Part shown: positions 52,422 through 64,000 of the stretch, in pieces
Numbering within the stretch: the stretch's first letter is position 1
Layout: each line of letters starts with the position of its first letter
Made by a program: the position numbers and the translations under genes
The notes under the pieces: model-generated
What the model was told of the DNA's origin: nothing
What the model saw: only the letters and a program-made list of their open reading frames with translations
Databases searched by the model: none
Assembly: GCA_951406725.2 (NCBI GenBank)
Contig: OX597831.1
Span: 22,940,001-23,004,000 of the forward strand
Reading direction: 5' to 3'
From: Octopus vulgaris
Lineage: Eukaryota
DNA: 64,000 nt

Positions 52422-52812
52422 TAGGCATAGGAGTGGCTGTGTGGTAAGTAGCTTGTTTATGAACCACATGTTTCCGGGTTCAGTTTCACTGCATGGCACC
52501 TTGGGCAAGTGTCTTCTATAGCCTCGGGCTGACCAAAGCAGCCTTGTGAGTGGATTTGGTAGATGGAAACTGAAAGAAGCCCGTCGTATATATGTATATA
52601 TATGTGTGTGTCTATATATTTGTGTGTCTGTATTTGTCTCCCCAACATTGCTTGACAACCGATGCTGGTGTGTTTACGTCACTATAACTTAGCGGTTTGG
52701 CAAAAGCAACTGATAGAATAAGTACTAAGCTTACAAAGATTAAGTTCTGGAGTCGATTTGCTCGATGAAAGGCAATACTCCAGCATGGCCACAGTCAAAT
52801 AAATGAAACAAG
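52422..52812 (+). mobile_element. SINE family A, full length
   Basis: taggcataggagtggctgtgtggtaag..gaaacaag. Confidence 0.9.
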
Positions 52813-52834
52813 TTATAGAGTACATATATATATA

Positions 52835-53510
52835 CACATTCATGGCCAAAAGCTTGGGATATAGAATTTTTGTGCTAAATGGCCAAAGTTATATTTAATT
52901 TATTGTTGTATTTTGAGATGGTCATTTTCTCTTTTTTTCCCAAATAAACACACACACAATATATTCATTCTTCACCCACTTATTACTGTTCTTATTCTAA
53001 CTCATGTCCATTGTTCAGGAATCTATCATCACACATCTGTGACCTCTTCAGTGACTCTTTCCATCCTCATGTGTGCTCCAGCTCTGCTTACTCCTTTCTC
53101 TATATTCAATTTGCAATATGTAAATATGAATAATAATATTATAAGCTTAAAGCATATAAGTGATGATTGCTTATTATAATAATATTATATATCATTTAAC
53201 GGCGGTGCATCAGCATGGCCACAGCTCTGAGCTGAAACTAGAAAATAAATTATATTATATTATAATAATATTATAAGAATATTATTAATATCATTTACAC
53301 GATTGTAAATATTGACGCTGCTTATCAAAATCCATTGTAGAAAATTTGCAATATATTATTACTTGGCCAAAAGTTTGGAACATAAGTCTGAAAATTAGAA
53401 TCTTTATATTAAATGCCCAAATATATATGTTGTATATATTTGAATAGAATTGTACTTGGGCATAACAATTTTAATTTTTAAAAAATGTTCCAAAGTTTTG
53501 GCCATGGCAA
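52835..53510. mobile_element. Tc1/mariner-type MITE with nested Penelope-like fragment (52900-53110)
   Basis: TIRs catggccaaaagcttgggata / tgttccaaagttttggccatg in TA context; internal direct copy tggccaaaagtttggaaca at ~53364. Confidence 0.65.
53013..53056 (-). ncRNA. Decayed hammerhead motif
   Basis: agtca-CTGAAGA-g-gtcaca..tgtgat-GATA-gatt-CC-tgaac; same family as 19697 and 48844. Confidence 0.5.
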
Positions 53511-53530
53511 TATATATGTATGTTGTATGT

Positions 53531-53740
53531 GAAGGTGGCAAGCTGGCAGAAATGTTAGCATGCCTGGTGAAATTTCATCAGCCTTGACGTTCTGAGTTCA
53601 AATTTTGCCAAGGTCAACTTTGCCTTCCATCCTTTCGGGATCAATAAATTTTGTACCAGTTGTGTTTTGGGGCCGATCTAATCGACTGGCACCCCCACCA
53701 CCAAAATTTCGGGCCTTGTGCCTAGCATAGAAAAGAATAA
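53531..53740 (+). mobile_element. SINE family B
   Basis: gaaggtggcaagctggcagaaatgttagc..gccttccatcctttcggg. Confidence 0.8.
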
Positions 53741-54235
53741 ATATGTATGTGGGTGTGTGTGTGTATATATATTTGTATCTTACTGTTTTGATATTATGTG
53801 AATGTCATTCATTTTGCAGTATTCTATGGGGACATGTTTCTTATAGAGAAATATTATCTTCCTTGGAAACAGGTGAGGGTTCATGACAGGAAGGGCATCC
53901 AGCCATAGAAAACCTGCCTCAATAAGCTTCATGCAACTCATGCAAGCATAGAAAAGCAGATGTTAAAATGATGATGATGATACATGTAGCAAAAATACAC
54001 ATGCACAAAAGATCACATGGAGGGTAGAGAGAAAAAGCAAGTGTAGCTATTTTGAATGAAGAAGATCGATGCAGGGTTACTGGTTAAGCAGCTAAGGATA
54101 AATTCAGTGTCATCCCTCATTACGCTGGCATTATGAAGGAAGAAAGATAAAGTGGTCGTTCAGAAGAGGTAGAGAGATGACGAGCAGTTAATGGTGGAGG
54201 GATTAGATATACAGAAATTTGATACATTTCCTCAA

Positions 54236-54498
54236 GAAGTTGCTGAAGTATGGAACAAACTGCCAGCATCAGTTGTTAGTTGTCGGAGCACTGCATCCTT
54301 CGAAACTTCCATGCTTCCTGAAATTCGCCAACACTACACCTGATTTTCTCCCCTCCATACACACACAAGCATGTATCTGACTCATACACTGTTTACTTTC
54401 CAGACATTTGTACATTACTGCATATGCTTTATACGCACTTTTGACAAGTTGTGGTGCACCTGAGCACTGTATACAATAATTACATTATTTTTATTATT
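54236..54498 (+). mobile_element. CR1/L2-clade LINE 3' end
   Basis: EVAEVWNKLPASVVSCRSTASFETSMLPEIRQHYT* (WNxLP..VV..S...F motif), short UTR, (ATT)n-like tail. Confidence 0.8.
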
Positions 54499-54914
54499 TC
54501 AATAACACACAGTTAGTTGATATAGTACCCTGGATCAGAGAGAGGGTGGCTTATATAGATCAGGTGGTAAGAAGGCAAGAAGTACATAGAGGACAGTAGA
54601 TGTCATATACTTCAAGGAGATCACCTACTTGAGCTTAGTTTTCAACACTTAGTTTCATATCCACATAGATCCACCTTCCTACAGACTCCAACCAACTCAA
54701 CCACTTTTTGTCCTCAGCACTTCAGCATACATAACATACATACTTACATACAGACATACATACATACATAAATGTATATACACATGTTTTACCAACAACA
54801 TCACAGTTCTAACAGAGTTACATGTTCTTTGTCTATCTCCTTATCCTCTTGGTGATTTTGGATTAAAAAATTATACAAATGAGTCCTTCGAATTTAATTA
54901 AATTCTATGTCTTT

Positions 54915-55003
54915 GTGCTGCTGAAGATTGCTCTACATTTTAAATTGATGTAATGTTTGCATTGTTCAATTAAATGGAGTTGCATGAAACGATCATACTG
55001 CAT
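54915..55003 (+). ncRNA. Type I hammerhead with extended stem II, partly decayed
   Basis: gtgctg-CTGAAGA-ttgc..gca-t-GAAA-cgatca-TA-ctgcat; 3' part duplicated at 55070-55122 (GAAAtgatcgTActgcat), giving consensus palindrome ACGATCGT. Confidence 0.65.
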
Positions 55004-55035
55004 TACCTTTGGATATCCTTGTTGCTTATTTTGAT

Positions 55036-55075
<40 letters not shown>

Positions 55076-55235
55076 GATCGTACTGCATTACCTCTAGATA
55101 TGCTTGTTGCTTATTTTGATTATAATCACCTTATTTTAAATTATATGGATAATATCATACTAAATTCTGGAGCCTTCAACTCAAGTATCATATTCATCTG
55201 AATCTAAATCAAGTGTATATACACACACACACACA

Positions 55236-55324
<89 letters not shown>

Positions 55325-55405
55325 AAATAGTAAAAAACACACACACACACATGTATATATCATCTGTGGACTATATATATATATAAAATATGAATAAATG
55401 CACCC

Positions 55406-55752
<347 letters not shown>

Positions 55753-56112
55753 ATGTATGGTAATTAAAGAAATGAACGAATGGTGTATAATTAAAGCACC
55801 TCTGCATAAAGCTTCAACAGGAGCCCAGTAACAGAGAATAATAATAATAATAATAATAATAAAAATGATAATAAATAATGATAATAATAATAATAATAAT
55901 AATAATATTTATTAAATAGGTGTAAATGACATGACACTTGAAAATAAAAAAATCATAGACAGATCTGTATATTCTATACATTAGTAGATATTCACAAACT
56001 ACTAACATGTTAATATGGGCATGTATATATATATATATGTGTGTGTATGAAATAGCATATTCAGCATATCTTTTTCATTTTCAAGTGGTAATTCACTTAA
56101 GTTCTACATACA

Positions 56113-56166
<54 letters not shown>

Positions 56167-56186
56167 CACATACATATATCTACATA

Positions 56187-56239
<53 letters not shown>

Positions 56240-56332
56240 ACATACACATACATACATATATCTACATATCTATGTATATATATATATATATATATGTATA
56301 GACACATACATACATATATATATCTACATATC

Positions 56333-56375
<43 letters not shown>

Positions 56376-56753
56376 ACATATCTATGTTCATATATATATA
56401 TATATTTATTTATTTATTAACAAAGTGACAAAGTGTTATAAAGCATCATTTTTTGTTGTAAAAGATGTGATTGAAGAGATGCTTTACTAAAATGGCTGTT
56501 TCATATGGAAATATTTTCTATACATTCGGCTTTAATAGGAAATGTTTTTGGCTTTATATGGGAAGATGTGTTCAACCACGCATACATACACAGAGAATAT
56601 GCAGGATAGATACATCTGATTATATAAGTGTTCATATATATTATATGCATGTGTGTACACGTATTTATACATACATATATATCTATAAAATTAACTACCT
56701 CTCTCTCTCTATCTATATCTATCTATATATATATTTATATACAAATATGCTTT

Positions 56754-56804
<51 letters not shown>

Positions 56805-57871
56805 CAAAGAAATTTCATATGTCAAAGTGTGACAAACTCAATATAATGAATACAGAGTCAACTTATATTTTCTTTTTCCTTTTCATAATTCAAGAAGGCA
56901 ATTACTGCTATTTCTAATAGTTTCAAAGTCATACTTCATGTAAGAAAAATTATAAAGGGAATAATTTGTTTTATCTCAGAATGATCACAGTATCAGGAAT
57001 TCTTCATTTGCTGCTGAAAGAAATTTTGTCTGTCTTGAAGAAAATCTATGTGATTTAGCCAAGTTTGATGATAGGTGCTCAAAAATATTTTGATTAGGTT
57101 TGAAACATGACTGACTGTCTTTTAATATAACTGTAATGTCATCGTCTCCCCATCGTCGTCATTGTCATCAACCTCACCATCACCACCACCACCACCAGCA
57201 TCACCATCACTAACATCACCCCATCACCAACACCACCATTATCTTTATGATCATCATCGTCAATGCCGTAGTCACTGCATTGTCATCACCATCATCGATG
57301 TCATTGTCACCATCATAATTATTGCCATTGTTGTCATCATTATCACCATCATCTTCATCATCATCATCATCATCACTATGATCATCATCGTCATCATCAT
57401 GCTGTCATCCGTTCTACTTTCCATGAAGCCATAGGTTGGATGGTACCACAGTTGGAATGTCTATGCATTCAAGTGGCGCTGCTTACCTAGATGAATCAAA
57501 ATCATCTTGTCCCTCTCATGATTTCTTTGTAGGTTTCTGTCTACGGCTCCTTGATGTCTTTTCTAACACCACCTACTGTCACATAATACATTGCCCACTT
57601 TCTCACATCACTAGCACTATAGAGATATCATAAATAGTTAACAACGCTTAACAACCCTCACAACAGAACACTATATGGAGTGGCCTTCAAGTGCTTTTTC
57701 AGAACACCAGTACAAGAGAGGAAACCTAAACTTTACTCACTCAGCAGTTACCTTTCAGAGTGAAAATCATTGGTGATAGAGGTGTGAATGTGTATGGAGT
57801 GATAGGAATAATGTATTTCCTGAGATAGGTTCTTAATATTCAAGGTAATGCATATATGTGTGTAAAAGTAT

Positions 57872-58093
57872 TCTTTTATTTGTTCCAGTCATTTCACTGT
57901 GGTCATGCTGGAGCACTGCTTTTAGTCAAATAAATTACCCCCAGGACTTATTCTTTGTAAGCCTAGTATTTACTCTATCAGTTGCTTTTGCTGAATTGCT
58001 AAGTTACAGGGACATAAGCACACCGGCATTGGATGTCGAGCGATGTTGGCGTGGGGGACAGAAACAGACATACAAACATGTACACACACATAC

Positions 58094-58155
<62 letters not shown>

Positions 58156-58318
58156 CATGCTTCTTTCAGTTTCCGTCTACCAAATCCACTGACAAGGCTT
58201 TGGTTGGCCTGAGGCGATAGTTGAAGACACTTACCTAAAGTGCCATGCAGTGGGACTGAACCTGGAACTATGTGGTTAGTAAGCAAGCTACTTACCACAC
58301 AGCCGCTCCTACGCCTAT
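57872..58318 (-). mobile_element. SINE family A, full length
   Basis: Colinear with the 8610 copy. Confidence 0.9.
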
Positions 58319-58341
58319 ATGTATATATATATATATATATT

Positions 58342-58550
58342 ACTGGAGATTAAGAAGCATTATAGAGAGACTAAATGACCATTTGAGACAATATGACAAC
58401 AAAAAACAATCTTCCATACTCTACCAACATGGAGGCACACTGGGTTAGCTTGACATCCGCATTTTATCCAAAGGACCCAACACTCGGACAAGTACAAGAG
58501 TACATCCTCATTAATGAAACATCCCCAGTACTAAATAGGAAATATACATA
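58342..58550 (+). pseudogene. Penelope-like GIY-YIG endonuclease remnant
   Basis: RSIIERLNDHLRQYDNKKQSSILYQH..LDIRILSK..QVQEYILINETSPVLNRK with stop and frameshift; related to the 48321 remnant. Confidence 0.7.
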
Positions 58551-59014
58551 GATGTTGTACCTCAATACCTACAGTTTTTTATAGTCATACAAACCCATAC
58601 ACAGACACACACAAACATGAACATACAAGCACATAGATATGCAGAATACATACATACCTACATACAAATGTGCAAAGTGCATAAATACATACAAACTTGC
58701 ACAAATGCATATATATATATATATATGCATACAGACACACACACATATGTGTATGCGCATGCATGTACACAAAAATAAAAAATGCAGTTCGAAGGTTGTA
58801 AGATGCAAGGAAAATTTTTAGTAAAGAAGAATAAGTAAATGAGTAGAAATCAGACTGGTGCGTATGTTAAATTAATAAGGCAGTAAAAGAGAATGATCCT
58901 CCCCAGATACAATAAAATATGCTTCAACACATGAATTCACACTAAGAAGCTTGCAAACCAAATACGAAAATGAAGTACCCCACCCCAACACAAATTTATA
59001 TATTATATGTATAT

Positions 59015-59246
59015 TCTTTTACATGTTTCTGTCATTCGACAGTGGCCATGCTGGAGCATGACCATAAAGGGTTTTAGTCAAAGAATTTGACACCAAGACA
59101 CATTCTTTGTATGCCTAGTACTTATTCTGTCGGTCTTTTTTGTTGAACCACTATGTTACAAGGACACAAGCACACCAATATTGGTTGTCAAGCGATGGTG
59201 GGAGGACGAACATACACACAAACACGCACAAACACACACATACACA

Positions 59247-59305
<59 letters not shown>

Positions 59306-59466
59306 CAGGCTTTTTTCAGTTTCTGTCTTCCAAATTCACTCACAAGGCTTTGGTCGGCCTGAGGCTATAAGTAGAAGGCGGCTCTTGTCCAAGTTGTCAT
59401 GCTGTGGGACTGAACCTGGAACCATGTGATTAAGAAGCAAGCTACTTGCCACACAGCCATGCCTGT
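59015..59466 (-). mobile_element. SINE family A, full length
   Basis: Colinear with the 8610 copy. Confidence 0.88.
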
Positions 59467-59484
59467 ACTTATATATGTATAAAA

Positions 59485-59526
<42 letters not shown>

Positions 59527-59531
<5 letters not shown>

Positions 59532-59735
59532 TAATCCAAACAAGAAAGCACAAAAGTAACACAACAATGCGAGGACGTGGAACAAATATAGTATTATTGG
59601 ACGCTCAGGAAAGAAGGAAAGAAGGAGGGTTTAACATTTCGAGCGGAGCTCTTCGTCGGAAACGTAGGAGAAGGAAAGATCCCGAGAAGGGAAGACAGAG
59701 GAAAAAAAATCGCCAACGGTACACACGAGGTCAAA
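59527..59735 (-). mobile_element. Penelope-like short element in (TA)n, CpG-rich young copy
   Basis: Homologous to 28745-28952 and 51478-51605. Confidence 0.75.
59629..59663 (-). ncRNA. Minimal type I hammerhead (U4C variant)
   Basis: gttt-CCGACGA-a-gagc tcc gctc-GAAA-tg-TT-aaac. Confidence 0.7.
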
Positions 59736-59746
59736 ACATACATACA

Positions 59747-59815
<69 letters not shown>

Positions 59816-59837
59816 TATATACATATATATATATACA

Positions 59838-59873
<36 letters not shown>

Positions 59874-59877
59874 TATA

Positions 59878-59920
<43 letters not shown>

Positions 59921-60454
59921 TGATGTTCGTTTTTATGTTCAGTGACAAGAAAAACAGTTTTACATTAACCTTATGGGTTACTCTATACTTTGTAGAGTAG
60001 AAATTTATTATTCTTATACAAGAATGCTGTTGACAGTAACTTCAATGTTTTAGGCAGCTAAGCCATCGTTGAACTTCTGTCAAAAACATTCTTGCTTAAG
60101 AAGAATAAAGATATATATATATACTCACACATACACACACATGCACACACGTACTAATGCATGTGTGTATGTGTATACCATTGTCTTAACATCATGTAAT
60201 GACTGTATATAAACAACATCGTTTGTCTCCAGTCTGTCATAAAAATATGTCAGCCCATTGGGAAATATTGTGCTCTGCTTGAAAATGGGGGAAGGTTGGG
60301 AAAATGGGAGGGTATCCTCTTGCAGAAAATATGCCTCAACAAATTCACCATTATCCAAGCAAGCAGGGAGAAGGATGATGATGATGTTCTTGTTTTAAGT
60401 CAATATTCTTTCGAAACAAACTTAAAATTGATTTAAAGAAAATTTATCTGTTAA

Positions 60455-61002
60455 ACCCTTCATTGGACACTAAACCTTCATTGGACACTAAACTCTGCTT
60501 GCAAAGACCTGTTGAGGCAAGTGAAATCGAAATCAAATTTGATGACTGGCATCTGTGCTAGTGAAGCGCTAAGAGCACCATCCGAGCATGTTTGTTGTTA
60601 GAGCAGCTAACTGGCTTCCATGCCGGTGGCACATAAAAAGCACCATTCAAGCGTGATCGTTACCAGCATCGCCTTACTAGCACTTGTGCCGGTGGCATGT
60701 GAAAAAACATCCGAGTGAGGTCGTTGGCAGTGCCGCTGGACTGGCTCCTGTGCAGGTCGCATGTAAAAAAACACCATTTGAGATTGGCCATAGCCAGTAC
60801 CGCCTGACCGGCCCTCATTTCGGTGGTGTGTAAAAGCACTCCTCACTACACTCTCAGAGTGTTTGGCGTTAGGAAGGGCATCCAGCTGTAGAAACTTTGC
60901 CAGATCAGATTGGAGTCTGGTGCAGCCATCTGGTTTGCCATTCCTCAGTCAAATCGTCCAACCTGTGCTAGCATGGAAAACGGATGTTATACGATGATGC
61001 TG
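60455..61002 (+). mobile_element. RTE family C 3' UTR
   Basis: Colinear with 10118-10590; ends ggatgttatacgatgatg. Confidence 0.85.
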
Positions 61003-61136
61003 AAAATGGTGTGCATTTTTATTGTGTCATAGTTAGTTAAATTGCTGTACTTCAACTTTTGATACTATTTCATAAATGTTTTCATGCTATTTAATGCAGA
61101 TCCATTTGATATCCCAATATACCATGTGGTGTAATA

Positions 61137-61745
61137 TTGGTCTCAAATTTTGGCACAATGCCAGTAATTTCTGGGAGGGGATAAGTTGATTACATTAATT
61201 TTCAGTGTTCAACTGGTACTTATTTTATCAAATCTGAAAGGACAAAAGGCAAAGTTGACCTAAGTGGAATTAACGATTTATGATTCTGCAAGCTTGTCAC
61301 CTTAGAAAATTATTGGCTTCAAATTTTGGAACAAGGCCAGCAATTTGGGGAGTGGGGATAATCAATTACATCAGCCCAAGGTTGCTTATTGACTATGAAA
61401 GGACAAAAGGCAAAGTTGGCCCATGTGGAATTTAAACTCAGAACATGAAGTCATGAAATGCCACGAACCATTTTGTCAGGTGTAATAATGATTAACAATT
61501 CTGCAAGCTTGTCACCTTAGAAGATTATTGGCTTCAAATTTTAGCACAAGGCCAGCGATTTTGGGAGTTGGGGTAATCGATTACATCAGCCCAAGGGTTC
61601 AGCTGGTACTTATTTTATCGACCCTGAAAGGATGAAAGGTCATGTCAAACTTGGAGAAATTTGAACTCAGAACGCAATGACGGACAAAATTCCACTCAGC
61701 ATTTTTCCCGGTGCCATAACTATTCTGCCAGTTTCCCACCTTCAA
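61137..61745 (-). mobile_element. Three diverged SINE family B copies in tandem
   Basis: Repeated ttggcttcaaatttt..acaaggccagc..aaaggcaaagttg; junction block ttctgcaagcttgtcaccttagaa duplicated. Confidence 0.75.
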
Positions 61746-62377
61746 AATATTCTGCCAGCTTTCTAGTACAAAAAGTACAAAAAAGATGTGAGTCACTTTT
61801 TGTACTTTTTTTTGTATTTCTTATCGTATTTTTTTTTTCTTTTCCACTAGAAAAACTGAAAAAATATTTAATGGCAGTTGCAGATCTAGAACTTTCTGTT
61901 TGGTATTTGAATAATTATAATTTTGTGTTTTTTGTGATCAAATTTTCCATTTCCTCTTAATTTCCATGTAACTTTGTTTTTCAATTTGATAGGGAAAAAA
62001 AAAACCCATCTAATTAATGGTTAGTGTTGTTCATCAATAAGTTGGCTAAAATTTCCCATCATTTATTTAAAGCCTACAAGCAAACGTTATGTTTGGTCTA
62101 TGTTGCAATAACTTCTTGTTAAATACCAGTAAACAGTAGAAATTTAAACACCTGAATTTCTAAAGTGAATGAAATTACTTTCCAGTCAAGTTCTCACAGT
62201 TAATTTAAAATGATTACCATTCGTTTAATTAATATGAAAAATTTATTGAAAGAAAGTAATTAAAATTTCCAGTATTTTATGAGCAATGTTCTGTTTGCCT
62301 GTCTATCTGTCTGTCTGTCTGTCTCTGCCTGTGCATATTTACGTGCATACACATACATATGTATATGTAGCTATATA

Positions 62378-62447
<70 letters not shown>

Positions 62448-62659
62448 CACACACACACATGCACATGCAAACTCACACATACATATAGGTGGGCTTCTTT
62501 CAGTTTCCATTTACCAAATCCACTCACAAGGCTTTGGTCAGTTAGAGACTCTAGGTGAGATACTTGCCGAAGGTACCAGGCAGGAGGACTGAACTGGAAA
62601 CCATGTGGCTGGGAAGCGATCTTCTTACCACAGAGCTATCCACACACACACACACACAT

Positions 62660-63148
62660 GTTGAGTTGGACAAAAGTCCATTGAATTTAGGCAAAATGTC
62701 CATTTGATTTCAGAGCTAAGGATAAAACGCAAGCTCTAAACACAACTTATATTCAATCAATGATACCATTACTGTTTCATTCCAGTATCTTCTGTCATTT
62801 TTGTGAGCAGATCCATTATTCCTAGTTCAAAGAATTTCCTGTCATTAGCAGCAAAAAAAAAAAAAAAACTCTTTCAACCGAATATCTACAATCTCTTCAC
62901 ATTTGGAGCTCTATTCCTTCATCAAACTTTGAAGTTATTGATACGGGTGGATATCTGAAGGCACTAGGTGGGGTAAACTTGCAACAAAACTTCCCAGCCG
63001 AATTCTAGTAACTTCTGTAATGTCTGCTAAGAAGATTATTCTTTGGCATCATCATGATGAAAGACAATACACTTATGATTAGCAAGCGCTGGATGCTTCT
63101 GGTGAAGTGCTGCTTTTAATTTGTCCAGTTGGTCACAGTAAACACTCT
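62660..63148 (-). pseudogene. mariner transposase C-terminal remnant
   Basis: YCDQLDKLKAALHQKHPALANHKCIVFHHDDAK..TLQKLLEFGWEVL..PSD.H..FFELGIMDL.. with stops. Confidence 0.85.
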
Positions 63149-63237
63149 GTGTGACAAGAAGCTTACTTCCCAACCACTTGGCTCTGGGTTCAGTCCCACT
63201 GCATGACACCTTGGGAAAGTGTCTTCTTTTATATGTG

Positions 63238-63280
<43 letters not shown>

Positions 63281-63629
63281 GGGAACAAATCGTCCAACCC
63301 ATGCTAGCGTGGGAAGCAGACGTTAAATGATGATGATGTGTGTATGTGTATATATGTGTGTGTCTTCTTTGTGAATGGATTTGGTAGACAGAAGCTGAAA
63401 AGAAGCCCATGTTGGTATGTTTATACCCCACTCACAAATTGGTCCATGCTTTTTTATTTATATCTCTGGTAAATTTAATGGCCTGGTAAAAGAAACTGAC
63501 AACATAAATACCAGGCTGAGAAACAAATATTGGGGTCAATTTGCTCAGCTAAAACCCTTCAAGACAGTACCCCAGCATGGTCGCAATCTAATGAGTAAAA
63601 CAGGTAAAGGATTATAATAAATTTGAATG

Positions 63630-64000
63630 TAGGCACAGGAGTGGCTGTGTGGTAAGTAGCTTGCTTACAAATCACATGGTTCCGGGTTCAGCCCCACTGC
63701 GGGGTACCTTGAGCAAGTGTCTTCTACTATAGCCTCGGGCCCACCAAAGCCTTGTGAGTGGATTTGGTAGATGGAAACTGAAAGAAGCCTGTCGTATATA
63801 TGTATATATATGTATGTGTCTGTTTGTCCCCCCAGCATCGCTTGACAACCGATGTTGGTGTGTTTATGTCCCCGTAACTTAGTGGTTCGGCAAAAGAGAC
63901 CGATAGAATAAGTACTAGGCTTACAAAAAATAAGTCCTGGGGCCAATTTGCTTGACTGAAGGCGGTGCTCCAGCATGGCCGCAGTCAAACGACTGAAACA
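63630..64000 (+). mobile_element. SINE family A, near-intact
   Basis: aggcacaggagtggctgtgtggtaagtagc..gcagtcaaacgactgaaaca. Confidence 0.92.

Overview
AT-rich, microsatellite-saturated eukaryotic non-coding DNA. The repeat complement (tRNA-headed CORE-type SINEs with internal (TA/CA)n, RTE tails ending in (GAT)n, huge (TA)n/(ATGT)n/(TTC)n arrays) points to an octopus genome; this is an inference from repeat recognition. There is no intact protein-coding gene, and nearly all listed ORFs are microsatellite translations. The window holds about 25 copies or fragments of one CORE-type SINE, about 15 of a second SINE (often as head-to-tail multimers), decayed RTE/CR1/Penelope/mariner coding remnants, two non-autonomous Helitrons, piggyBac- and Tc1-type MITEs, and several fold-back elements. 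The main signal is at least 13 minimal type I hammerhead ribozyme motifs in short Penelope-like elements from several families, often sitting in (TA)n tracts and often with a palindromic stem III. Some have non-canonical cores: a G3-C8 swap present in both arms of a TSD-flanked inverted element, and U4C in two unrelated elements. There is also a credible 69-nt minus-strand exon of an unidentified host gene, and several long RNA hairpins that could be ADAR substrates.
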